From Haloquadratum walsbyi C23 (GTDB lineage Archaea; Halobacteriota; Halobacteria; Halobacteriales; Haloferacaceae), in NCBI RefSeq assembly GCF_000237865.1, contig NC_017459.1:1770001-1802000 (forward strand): 32,000 nucleotides of DNA, read 5' to 3'. Under the pieces are notes generated by a model. The model was given only the letters and a program-made list of their open reading frames with translations. It did no database searches and was not told the origin of the DNA. The stretch's first letter is position 1; each line of letters starts with the position of its first letter. The position numbers and the translations under genes were made by a program. Shown piece by piece: positions 1-7,914 of the stretch.

Positions 1-1217
1 GGAGATACTGAACTATCACCACGAGCAAGTTCTCGTAGCTCCAGAACTTTCCACGCGATCACTGAATACATGCTCAACAACACTTCCATCCGCTCCCAAG
101 TCTGCAGTTGCCGTTCTTCGATGTTACAGCCACTCTTGAGCACTTTATGCCAGTCTTCAATTCGCCAGCGGAGGCCGTAATAGTCGATGAGTGTCAGCGT
201 TTCCTCAAACTCTTCGACCGATTCAGTGGTGAGCAACACCCACTGAATCGGGTCGTCATTTTCACCGACCTCGTCGACTCTCACGACATTCACCTCGATT
301 GAGCCCTCTTGTTCAGGATTATTCCTTGGCGCGCGCAACTCACACGTTCCAGTGGCTATCGACAACTCCGCTGTTCTCGCTTCGCGCCCACCTCCCTGTT
401 GAATCTCGATTGTTTTGCGACCTTGCTCGGCAAGGTCGCTGCTCCAGTCAAAGAGTTTTCCAGGTTCACCATCATCAGTCCAAATCCGTCGGTTTTGATT
501 CGCTCGGACAATGAAGCCAGCATTTTCCATCTCTCTGGTGACTTCCTCGTAGAACGCGAATGAATCTGCGCCTCGGTCATGGATAAATAGCGGGCGGATA
601 TCGTCGGCGAGCCAGTCTCTGGCTTGGCTGTCGCCACGGCTCCATTTCTCATGTTCACTGTCAAGTTGAATCGGCTCTGCTTTGCCGTTGGCATCGTACT
701 TCTCATCGGCCTGCTGGTCCTCGATCAGCGGCTGCTGATCGATGACCCCAGTCATTCGATGGGTCCGTGGATTGATTCCGATCGTGGAGTGAAGCTTGAT
801 ACCTTCGAGATCCATTTCAGAGTTGCCAATATCGCCGAGAGCCTCCTTGGAGGGGTGTCTCGGAAACACGAGTTCGGTGGTATCGGAGACAATCAGGAGT
901 TCGTCTGACCGACTCACTCTTGATTGCTGTTGCTGCTTGTGAGCAGAGAGAACCTCGTTGGGATCCACATTCTCATTATCGCAAAATCGGTATGTAGCTT
1001 TTGTGGACGCCCAGTCTCCGCAGGCAGCAGGGATGGACTCGGCAGGCGAGCTGCCGATGCCGAGTTCATCCCCAAGTTGTACTAGTCGGTCACTCAGGCG
1101 CTTGTCTCCAAACTCGGCTGATCGAAACTCCGTTTGAATCCATCCTGAAACATCCATGTCACACAGCTGTCCATCTTCATCGAGTTCTGGCTTCCAACTC
1201 CGTGAGCGACGCCCCAT
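1..1217 (-). CDS. IS4-family (IS50/Tn5-like) DDE transposase, N-terminal ~405 aa; the C-terminus runs off the window edge
   Basis: The minus-strand frame is open from ATG at 1217 to position 1 with no stop. It is absent from the ORF track because it has no in-window stop. My translation reads MGRRSRSWKPELDEDGQ...DKRLSDRLVQLGDELG...LLIVSDTTELVF...IDYYGLRWRIEDWHKVLKSGCNIEE. This fits a Tn5-type N-terminal region, DDE core and the Y-x2-R-x3-E-x6-K signature. Confidence 0.85.
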   Translation of the reverse strand, partial: MGRRSRSWKPELDEDGQLCDMDVSGWIQTEFRSAEFGDKRLSDRLVQLGDELGIGSSPAESIPAACGDWASTKATYRFCDNENVDPNEVLSAHKQQQQSRVSRSDELLIVSDTTELVFPRHPSKEALGDIGNSEMDLEGIKLHSTIGINPRTHRMTGVIDQQPLIEDQQADEKYDANGKAEPIQLDSEHEKWSRGDSQARDWLADDIRPLFIHDRGADSFAFYEEVTREMENAGFIVRANQNRRIWTDDGEPGKLFDWSSDLAEQGRKTIEIQQGGGREARTAELSIATGTCELRAPRNNPEQEGSIEVNVVRVDEVGENDDPIQWVLLTTESVEEFEETLTLIDYYGLRWRIEDWHKVLKSGCNIEERQLQTWERMEVLLSMYSVIAWKVLELRELARGDSSVS

Positions 1218-1335
1218 CTACCAATCTTGGTTCGTCTACTCTTCCATTAGGACTTGTGGGTAAGAGACAGGCATCAAAACATGGGAGTTCTCCTTGAATT
1301 TTCATAATACAACAGAGAGATATCTATTCTGTACG
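1..1335 (-). mobile_element. Partial IS4/IS50-like insertion sequence; the right boundary is only estimated
   Basis: The element contains the transposase gene above. The other end is outside the window, so the inverted repeat cannot be identified. The boundary is placed before hairpin repeat copy A. Confidence 0.45.
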
Positions 1336-1338
1336 TTG

Positions 1339-1397
1339 TCAAGGCGAGTGCCTCGGGGCTTTGATGTTGATCTGACCCCGGAGGGTGAAGCCGACAC
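1339..1397 (-). repeat. Hairpin repeat family, copy A (subtype with GTCGGCTTCACC flank on the minus strand)
   Basis: Plus strand reads TCAAGGCGAGTGCCTCGGGGCTTTGATGTTGATCTGACCCCGGAGGGTGAAGCCGACAC. The stem is CCTCGGGG/CCCCGGAGG around a 17-nt loop. It is near-identical to the copies at 1660, 19609 and 25588. Confidence 0.85.
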
Positions 1398-1659
1398 ATC
1401 TAATCGACCCGTAATATTTAGTATGATTGGTGGTTAGGCAGTGACCATGATTGTCACTTGTCTGGCTGAGAGTCTCATCACACGGGCGGTCAGACACCAA
1501 GACTGTCCAACTCAGAGAGGGATAGGACATTCCAAATCAACGTCGTCCGAGAGACGAAGTCTCTCGCGATCACGAAAATCTTCGATTTTCGAACGATCTG
1601 TGGAGTCCGGAACCGCTCTGAGACGGCTCTTTCAGTGAGAGTGGGTTCGTAAGTTCTGT

Positions 1660-1716
1660 CGAAAAAGCAGGAAGCCTCGGGGCTCTGATGTTGATCTGAC
1701 CCCGAAACAGGTTCAC
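1660..1716 (-). repeat. Hairpin repeat family, copy B (subtype with GTGAACCTGTTT flank on the minus strand), in the sod 3' region
   Basis: Plus strand reads GCCTCGGGGCTCTGATGTTGATCTGACCCCGAAACAGGTTCAC. On the minus strand the hairpin is followed by TTTTT (plus-strand AAAAA at 1662-1666). Confidence 0.85.
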
Positions 1717-1766
1717 GCGGACATCCTCCCTTCGCATAGAGATAGCTCTCATAGTTGCATGAGTTC

Positions 1767-1773
1767 AAAAAAA
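1767..1773 (-). terminator. Oligo-T (T7) candidate archaeal terminator downstream of sod
   Basis: An A7 run on the plus strand equals T7 on the minus strand, about 55 nt after the sod stop codon. Confidence 0.4.
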
Positions 1774-1828
1774 TTTAGGATTTGATTTATCGACGGGACG
1801 CCGACTTCAGTGTCAATATAATCGCGAC

Positions 1829-2428
1829 TTATTCGAAGAGCTCGACAGCTTGTGCGTATCGTTGGCTTGGCTCTTCCCAGTCAACAACCTCAAAGAATGC
1901 ATCAACGAAGTCACCACGAGCTGGACCATAATCATGGTAGTATGAATGTTCCCAGACGTCCAATGAAAGGACTGGGTGGGCACCCCAGAAAGCACCTTCA
2001 TCATGATTATCGACGACAACATTCCGCAGTTGGTTTGAGAATGAATCGTACACTAAGAGTGCCCAACCGCTCGCATCGCCTGCGGCGGCTTCAAACTCGC
2101 CTCTCCAGGCGTCATATGATCCGAAGTCTTCCTCAATTCGGTCTCCAAGGTCACCCGTCGGCTCGTCGCCACCCTCTGGTGACATACATTGCCAGAACAG
2201 ATCATGGAGAAGATGACCTGAACTATTATGTGTAACATCTCGAATGGCACCCGCAGACGACGAGAAGTCGTGCGAGTCACGATTCTCCTCAAGTTCTGCC
2301 TCGGCGTTATTCCATCCATTTACATACCCTTGTTGATGGGTATCATGATGCCAGGTCAATACCTGTTCGGACAATTGTGGTTCGAGCGCATCGTATTCGT
2401 ATGGTAGTGGGTCAAGTTCGTAGCTCAT
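1829..2428 (-). CDS. sod: Superoxide dismutase, Mn/Fe family
   Basis: MSYELDPLPYEYDALEPQLSEQVLTWHHDTHQQGYV...DVWEHSYYHDYG carries the classic Fe/Mn-SOD N-terminus and the D-x-W-E-H-x-Y-Y signature. The track start at 2434 is a TTG; the ATG at 2428 fits haloarchaeal SODs. Confidence 0.95.
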   Translation of the reverse strand: MSYELDPLPYEYDALEPQLSEQVLTWHHDTHQQGYVNGWNNAEAELEENRDSHDFSSSAGAIRDVTHNSSGHLLHDLFWQCMSPEGGDEPTGDLGDRIEEDFGSYDAWRGEFEAAAGDASGWALLVYDSFSNQLRNVVVDNHDEGAFWGAHPVLSLDVWEHSYYHDYGPARGDFVDAFFEVVDWEEPSQRYAQAVELFE

Positions 2429-2444
2429 AATCAATCTGTCTCCA

Positions 2445-2453
2445 CTATATATT
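2445..2453 (-). promoter_or_regulatory. Candidate TATA box for sod (leaderless or short-leader transcript)
   Basis: Minus strand reads AATATATAG, about 18-25 nt upstream of the sod ATG. Confidence 0.3.
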
Positions 2454-2603
2454 GTGTGATGGTTCGGGTTAAATCTTGAGAGTGACGTGTTAACATGCTA
2501 CCCATAATCGGGATTGCATACCAATCAGTCAATCAATAAATGAGTGCATGACTAGCAGTTGTTTCCGAACAGCGTTTTTGATGTTCGGGCATATTAAGCT
2601 AAT

Positions 2604-3032
2604 ATGAGCAATCACGAGACGAATGAAGAAGTATCTCCTGAGTCAGATGATTTGCGGGATCGGAATGTCCACGGTGAACCACTCCAACCATGTGGACGGG
2701 ATCCTGAGACAGGATATCTCAGAGATGGACATTGCCGAAACCTCCGTCGAGACCCCGGTCGACATGAAGTCTGTGCAGTGCTTACACAGGAGTTTCTTGA
2801 ATATAGCAAATCACAAGGAAATGATCTCACTACGCCACGTCCATCATTGAATTTTCCCGGACTTACCCCCGGCGACCGATGGTGTCTGTGTGTCCCACGG
2901 TGGGCTGAAGCGCATGACGCAGACTGCGCACCCCCTGTTGTCTTGGATGCTACGAGTGAGGCTGTTATTGATGATATCCCACTCTCAACGCTTGAATCAT
3001 ACGCCGCTGAAGAATGGGGCGACTTACCATAA
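2604..3032 (+). CDS. DUF2237 family protein
   Basis: NVHGEPLQPCGRDPETGYLRDGHC...HEVCAVLTQEFLEYSKSQGNDLTTPRPSLNFPGLTPGDRWCLCVPRWAEA matches the conserved DUF2237 pattern as I recall it. Confidence 0.8.
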   Translation: MSNHETNEEVSPESDDLRDRNVHGEPLQPCGRDPETGYLRDGHCRNLRRDPGRHEVCAVLTQEFLEYSKSQGNDLTTPRPSLNFPGLTPGDRWCLCVPRWAEAHDADCAPPVVLDATSEAVIDDIPLSTLESYAAEEWGDLP

Positions 3033-3289
3033 TTTATTATCATCGGATACTATCTATTTCCACTAGGGATCTGAGTCCCACTTGACATCCTCCTCCGCGT
3101 GTAGTGATTCAACAAACTCCTGGGTGAACTGATTCACTCATTCGATGTGAGAGAACTATTCTGACTGATGCATGTCTACTCAATCACCCACTTCTTCTGT
3201 GAACTACTATTGCTCACCTTCTCACTGTCAGTCTATGTGAGCAAGCGGTCGAGATCGTCCTCACTGAGATGTCGGACGATCTCTTTCTC

Positions 3290-3400
3290 CCGTACAGTTA
3301 TTACCCTACCCACGCAGAGTACAGCCAAATCTTCTGTGAAGCACTAAACGCGGAGGAATCCCAGGCGTGAGGAATTTCAGGTCTCACAGTCCTGCCGGAT
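3290..3400 (-). mobile_element. Possible orphan right-end remnant of an IS1341-type (tnpB) element
   Basis: It contains TACCCTACC (3302-3310; GGTAGGGTA on the minus strand). The same 9-mer directly follows tnpB-like coding remnants at 15105-15113 and 24816-24824. No recognisable coding remnant is present here. Confidence 0.3.
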
Positions 3401-3406
3401 ACCCAA

Positions 3407-3521
3407 TCATAGTGATTAGTGCAAGTCTTTACCGCCGTGATTATCCCTGTCGGTGATGGGAGTCGCTGAACCCGCGTCATTCGACACCCCCAGTGAAACT
3501 ATTCGAACTAATCACTATCAG
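3407..3521 (+). mobile_element. MITE-like repeat, copy 1 (~115 bp, terminal inverted repeats)
   Basis: The ends read TCATAGTGATTAGT ... ACTAATCACTATCAG. The interior is near-identical to the copies at 7915-8030 (inverted) and 14019-14134. Confidence 0.8.
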
Positions 3522-3763
3522 TCCGAATCTGAAGGTGTGTTCATGGGCTGGGCTGTCGCGGGTGGGACTGCTGTCGGTGCCAAGCCGCTGGAACCCCTAT
3601 TCTCGGTTATATGTGGTGCCCCAGTGTTGTTTTTATCACGGGAGCGCCACCACAACGTCACCAAACTCAGAGTTGTTTGCTAAGTTACGTCCAGCAGTCA
3701 CACCGTGTCGGTTCATTATAGTTATACGAACCGACCGCTCACCAGATTGGGTCTGATTACTGT

Positions 3764-3877
3764 CTCATAGTGATTACTTCAAGTCTTTACCACCGCGGCG
3801 ATCCGTATCAATGACTGGAGTCGCTGAAACTGCACCTTCCGACACCGTCGATGAAACTATTCGAATTAATATCATTG
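3764..3877 (+). mobile_element. MITE-like repeat, copy 2 (diverged)
   Basis: CTCATAGTGATTACTTCAAGTCTTTACCACCGCGG...GAAACTATTCGAATTAATATCATTGC is colinear with copy 1 but carries many substitutions. Confidence 0.65.
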
Positions 3878-4147
3878 CTTCTGACGGACAGGCCGCCATC
3901 GTAGGAAGGTAGGAATCGCTCTGCTTCCCGCTGATTTCTCTATTTATGGGAGACTGCCTGTCGAATAAATCTTGCTGTGGAAATCCGATACTGCGTCTCT
4001 GTGGTTTATCACACTCCGTGACTGCGCGTATCCACGTTATAACCGGGTGTGGTATTGCGCCTGTTCAGCATATAATAGCCTCCTTCTCAGGGCAGCGTAT
4101 TGAGCAGTTGTGAGTGATCAATATGCCCACAGCTTAAATTTCAGTGA

Positions 4148-5584
4148 TTATGCATCGCCACGGGCAGTCTCAAACATTTCAAGCGCCTTTTCACGCTGTT
4201 TGCTATGATCGACAATCGGTGCTGGGTAATCCGTGTCAAGACGTGCTCGTTCAGTCGGTGAAAGCTCATGCCACTCATGGATTGTGTCGGCAGGAACTTC
4301 TCGCAACTCTGGCACGTATTGTTTGATATATTCTGCGTCAGGATCATATCGTTCACCCTGGGTCATTGGATTAAAGATTCGGAAATATGGTTGAGCGTCT
4401 GTGCCGGTCGAAGCTGCCCATTGCCATCCACCATTGTTATTTGCGATATTATGATCGGCGAGATATTGACGGAAGTGACCGTATCCCTCGCGCCAGTCGA
4501 TAAGGAGGTCTTTTGTCAAAAATGATGCAACAATCATCCGGAGTCGATTGTGCATATATGCTTCAGACTTCAGTTGTCGCATTCCAGCATCAACAATTGG
4601 ATATCCTGTCTCCCCGTCTTTCCACGCTTGTAGTGCTGCTGGGTCATCGCGCCATTGTATTCCGTTTTCGTATGATTTGTAGTTTTCAGTGACGACCTCT
4701 GGGTTGAAATATAGCACATGCGTGTAAAATTCTCGCCAGGCTAGTTGTGATTGGAATTCCTCAACAGATTCAGCCTCGGCATCGGTTATCCCATCAACTT
4801 CTGCGGCAGCAACAGTAGCAGCATACACATCACGGATACCAATAGTTCCAAATGATAAATCTGCAGAAAGCCGTGAGACCGCATCACGAGAGGGGTAGTC
4901 ACGATCATCATCATACCGATAGATACCATCAGCACAAAAGTCTGATAATCGATTACGAGCCGCGTTTGTTCCTGCTGGTTGAATGTCTGCAGTTGGCTCC
5001 TCAAATCCGAGTGAGTCGATTGTTGGCAACGAATCTCCTATTCCTTCATCAGGCACGAACATATCAGCATCTGGGGCGTCAATTGGGGCATTTTTCTCTC
5101 GATCACGCCATTTCTTCCAGAAATACGTATAAACTGAGTATGGCTCACCCTTATTTGTCGTGATGGACCCCGGTTCAAAGAAAATCGAATCACGGACCGA
5201 GCAATGTGCAATATCGTGTTCTGTGAGTGCATCAGCAACTTGTTGATCCCGAGATTGTGCAAATCCGGAATATTCACGATTCCACACAACCCGATCAACA
5301 TCATGAGTGCTTGCGAGTTCGGGAAGGATTGATGCAGGGTCGCCACGAGCAATCAGAAGGTCAGAATCACGGTCACGATACCACGAACGCAATTCAGCTA
5401 TTGACTCAAGCATATACTGGACGCGTGCGTTTCCATCATGCTCAAGCGCATTATCATCGAAAATGAAGACCGGAATAATTCCATCCGCGTCAGGTAATAA
5501 ATCGGGTGACACAGCACTTGCAGCCTCAGCAAGTCCACGGTTGTCGACACCACGAAGGTCACTTCGGTGCCAATAAAGTTGCAT
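4148..5584 (-). CDS. phr: Deoxyribodipyrimidine (CPD) photolyase, class I type
   Basis: 478 aa. The N-terminus reads MQLYWHRSDLRGVDNRGL. The FAD-binding domain carries LAWREFY and NNGGWQWAASTGTDAQPYFRIFNP. Confidence 0.95.
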   Translation of the reverse strand: MQLYWHRSDLRGVDNRGLAEAASAVSPDLLPDADGIIPVFIFDDNALEHDGNARVQYMLESIAELRSWYRDRDSDLLIARGDPASILPELASTHDVDRVVWNREYSGFAQSRDQQVADALTEHDIAHCSVRDSIFFEPGSITTNKGEPYSVYTYFWKKWRDREKNAPIDAPDADMFVPDEGIGDSLPTIDSLGFEEPTADIQPAGTNAARNRLSDFCADGIYRYDDDRDYPSRDAVSRLSADLSFGTIGIRDVYAATVAAAEVDGITDAEAESVEEFQSQLAWREFYTHVLYFNPEVVTENYKSYENGIQWRDDPAALQAWKDGETGYPIVDAGMRQLKSEAYMHNRLRMIVASFLTKDLLIDWREGYGHFRQYLADHNIANNNGGWQWAASTGTDAQPYFRIFNPMTQGERYDPDAEYIKQYVPELREVPADTIHEWHELSPTERARLDTDYPAPIVDHSKQREKALEMFETARGDA

Positions 5585-5609
5585 ATTAGTTCAACGGGTG
5601 ACAGCGGAT

Positions 5610-6320
5610 TCAACGTGTCGGTATTGATATGTGGTCAATCGACTTTCGACGGTTATCTAATAATGTAAATTGCTCATTCCGCCGGCGCTCAAGCAATTCA
5701 AGCAATCGTTCAGCCCATACAAGTTTTGCTGCTTTATGTGTGTTCACGCTCGGATCATCGAAGTCCCAGCCGACAAATCGGAGTGATTCTGCATGCAGTG
5801 CATCAGCAAGGAATGCTGCTCTGTCACCGTCAGTGAATCCACCGGGATTACTAACTCCATTGATTGGTGCTGCTTGTGTTGTCGGGATTACAGCATTTGC
5901 AGCGAATGTTGGAACAAAGTCGCGAATTGCATCAATATTATCGCCATGTGCGTGCACGGCAACTGGGGTCCCTTCATGCGTCAATGTCCGGGCAGTGGTT
6001 GGATTTTTATCAAGATCAGTAACCATCATATCAACATCGTATCCCGCTGTGCGGACAGTATCCGCAGCGGTCGATGCAGCAATAACATGATCTACGCCTG
6101 CAACATTATCGACTGTCTCATCTAAACAGGGTGCCGCACCAACGATTGCGACCGTGTCGCCACGAAATCCTACCTCATCAAATGAATATGATGATGATAC
6201 TGTTGCAAGGATATCTCGAGCCTGCTGGTCTGCTGCCCGGTCATACTCGAAGGCAGTGAGTATAGACTCATAGATAGGTTCCCATACATCGAATGATAGT
6301 CCAAAGTCTACGGTAGACAT
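5610..6320 (-). CDS. mptE: 6-hydroxymethyl-7,8-dihydropterin pyrophosphokinase, archaeal MptE type (COG1634/DUF115)
   Basis: It carries the motifs VTDLD, HAHGDN and GFTDGDRA and is ~236 aa. It lies next to folP, as reported for this family. Confidence 0.75.
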   Translation of the reverse strand: MSTVDFGLSFDVWEPIYESILTAFEYDRAADQQARDILATVSSSYSFDEVGFRGDTVAIVGAAPCLDETVDNVAGVDHVIAASTAADTVRTAGYDVDMMVTDLDKNPTTARTLTHEGTPVAVHAHGDNIDAIRDFVPTFAANAVIPTTQAAPINGVSNPGGFTDGDRAAFLADALHAESLRFVGWDFDDPSVNTHKAAKLVWAERLLELLERRRNEQFTLLDNRRKSIDHISIPTR

Positions 6321-6492
6321 GGGTCACCATGCAAAAAATATGGACCAGAGTGGCAACAAGTACCCCTACCCGACTGCCCCTCCAGTACCCGATATGTTGG
6401 TTTCCATCGCCGTGGCATAAGTTTTCTCGTACAACACAGCAGTAATTGCCGTATTGTGCACAGGGTTTGTATTCGCATTAATACAGTCATGC

Positions 6493-7701
6493 TCACCGAC
6501 TGATCTGTTGTGTGATACTCGTGAGTATCTCTGTTAATACCGAGTCATCGACTGTAGTGGCGATTGCGTCCAGTGAAGCAGGCGTCCCGGCAAGAAAGAT
6601 ACCAGATGATTGAGAATCGCTGTCTAAGTTCGCTTCTCTCCCAGATTCGGATTCAACCGCAGTGACGATAGCCGAATCTGACTTTGCAGTAACAGTGCTC
6701 AGTTCGGTAACCGCAGATCGTGAGAGGCCATCAATTTCGAGAGTATGGATGATTGACTTATCTGTAATATCATTCATAGAACTAATACCGAGTCGATCAA
6801 GATGACGACCCGCTTCCGCTGATGTCGTCACATCGAGTTCTTCAGCAGTGACCTGAGAGTCATCATCAGTGGTGAGATGATGTGAAGGACGGTCGGGTGT
6901 GAATGCATCTCCAATCAACGCCGCGTCGCGCGTTTCCGCAACATCATGCGTTCGAATAACGTGTGCACCACGTTCAACTGCGAGTGAGGTAGCCGCTAAT
7001 GATACCGAAAGTGCCTCTTCAGTTGAGCGGTCAGCGATAGATCGGAGAAAGTTTTTCCGGTTAATAGAGACAAGAATAGGTCGACCAAGTCCGCGGAACT
7101 CACGAAGCCGTTGAAACGTCTCACGGTCATCTGCAAGTGTCTTTTCTTCAGACCATCCTCCAAAGGCAGGATCAATAATAGTTTTTTCAGTGAAGCCATT
7201 TTGCGCAAGCGCTTCATAGATATCATCGACATTCTCAATTGCTCCTGGGCGTGTTAGATCGGGAGGTGATGCCATCTTTCCAACGGCGACATCATACTCT
7301 GAACATACTTCCGGCATCTTTGGATCAGCGAATCCACAGATATCATTCACCATATCAAAGCCTCGAGAAAGAGCTGCATCTGCAACTTCATGATATCGGG
7401 TTTCGATCGAGAACACGGCATCTCCAGAAACGCTTTCTATTGCCTCAATAGCCGTTTCAAGCCGAGTGAGTTCCTGCTCAGCAGAAAGGACGTCAAATCG
7501 CTTATTTGCAGACTCAAGACCGATATCAACAATATCAGCACCCTCATCAATCAATTCGCTATCAACGTAGGTGGCTGCTGCATCTGGTTCATCAAAGACA
7601 CTTGGGTCATATGGTGACTCCTTAGATATATTGAGAACGCCCATAATTCGTGGAGGAGACTCATCACCAATCGACAATCCAGCCGCGTCGACTGATCGCA
7701 T
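6493..7701 (-). CDS. folP: Dihydropteroate synthase with an extra ~115 aa C-terminal region
   Basis: The pterin-binding domain reads MRSVDAAGLSIGDESPPRIMGVLNISKESPYD...GADIVDIGLES...RPILVSINRKNF...GAHVIRTHDV. The track start at 7725 is a GTG; the ATG at 7701 fits haloarchaeal DHPS N-termini. Confidence 0.9.
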   Translation of the reverse strand: MRSVDAAGLSIGDESPPRIMGVLNISKESPYDPSVFDEPDAAATYVDSELIDEGADIVDIGLESANKRFDVLSAEQELTRLETAIEAIESVSGDAVFSIETRYHEVADAALSRGFDMVNDICGFADPKMPEVCSEYDVAVGKMASPPDLTRPGAIENVDDIYEALAQNGFTEKTIIDPAFGGWSEEKTLADDRETFQRLREFRGLGRPILVSINRKNFLRSIADRSTEEALSVSLAATSLAVERGAHVIRTHDVAETRDAALIGDAFTPDRPSHHLTTDDDSQVTAEELDVTTSAEAGRHLDRLGISSMNDITDKSIIHTLEIDGLSRSAVTELSTVTAKSDSAIVTAVESESGREANLDSDSQSSGIFLAGTPASLDAIATTVDDSVLTEILTSITQQISR

Positions 7702-7914
7702 ACCTATATCTCGAATGGTAGCCACATATCAGTTGTTATGATATCTGCAACAGATGAGACACTATGCAACAGATACTATCTCCAGTCGTTATCGATCGTG
7801 GAGTGTAGGCATATCAAAGTTCCATTGAATGGCATAGGTATACCCACACCCATACCTATATCTGTCTTCCTCTGCGGTCGAAGTGATAGACCGATTTGAG
7901 ATTTCACTACATGT

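Noticed and set aside
108-1297. Track ORFs 108..302, 299..514, 309..563, 356..706(-), 624..908 and 1001..1297
   Set aside because: All lie antisense to, or out of frame within, the continuous IS4-type transposase frame (1217 to 1, minus strand). Their compositions are basic, Cys-rich and non-halophilic.
1440-1560. Possible further tnpB relic upstream of hairpin copy A (minus-strand fragments ..IWNVLSLSELDSLGV / LVSDRPCDETLSQ..)
   Set aside because: The resemblance to TnpB tails is too weak and fragmented to annotate as a feature. It is used only as supporting context in the hairpin-repeat finding.
2612-3043. Long antisense shadow ORFs: 2612..3043(-), 5629..6090(+), 10004..10447(+), 15595..16062(+), 18040..18564(-), 18577..18999(-), 20842..21207(+), 26638..27237(+), 26863..27345(-)
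   Set aside because: Each is fully contained in a strongly supported gene on the opposite strand. Each has Ser/Arg/Cys-rich, basic composition atypical of a halophile proteome.
3453-3756. ORFs 3453..3683 and 3493..3756 (+) and 7789..7989 (-), which share a peptide ..AEPASFDT.SE.IRTNHY..
   Set aside because: The shared peptide is simply the MITE-like repeat translated. The ORFs continue into unrelated flanks, lack acidic composition, and differ in length and frame context.
6308-6496. ORF 6308..6496(-), which fills the folP-mptE spacer
   Set aside because: It is basic and Cys/Arg-rich (..LLLCCTRKLMPRRWKPTYR..) with no recognisable family. It is more likely non-coding spacer.
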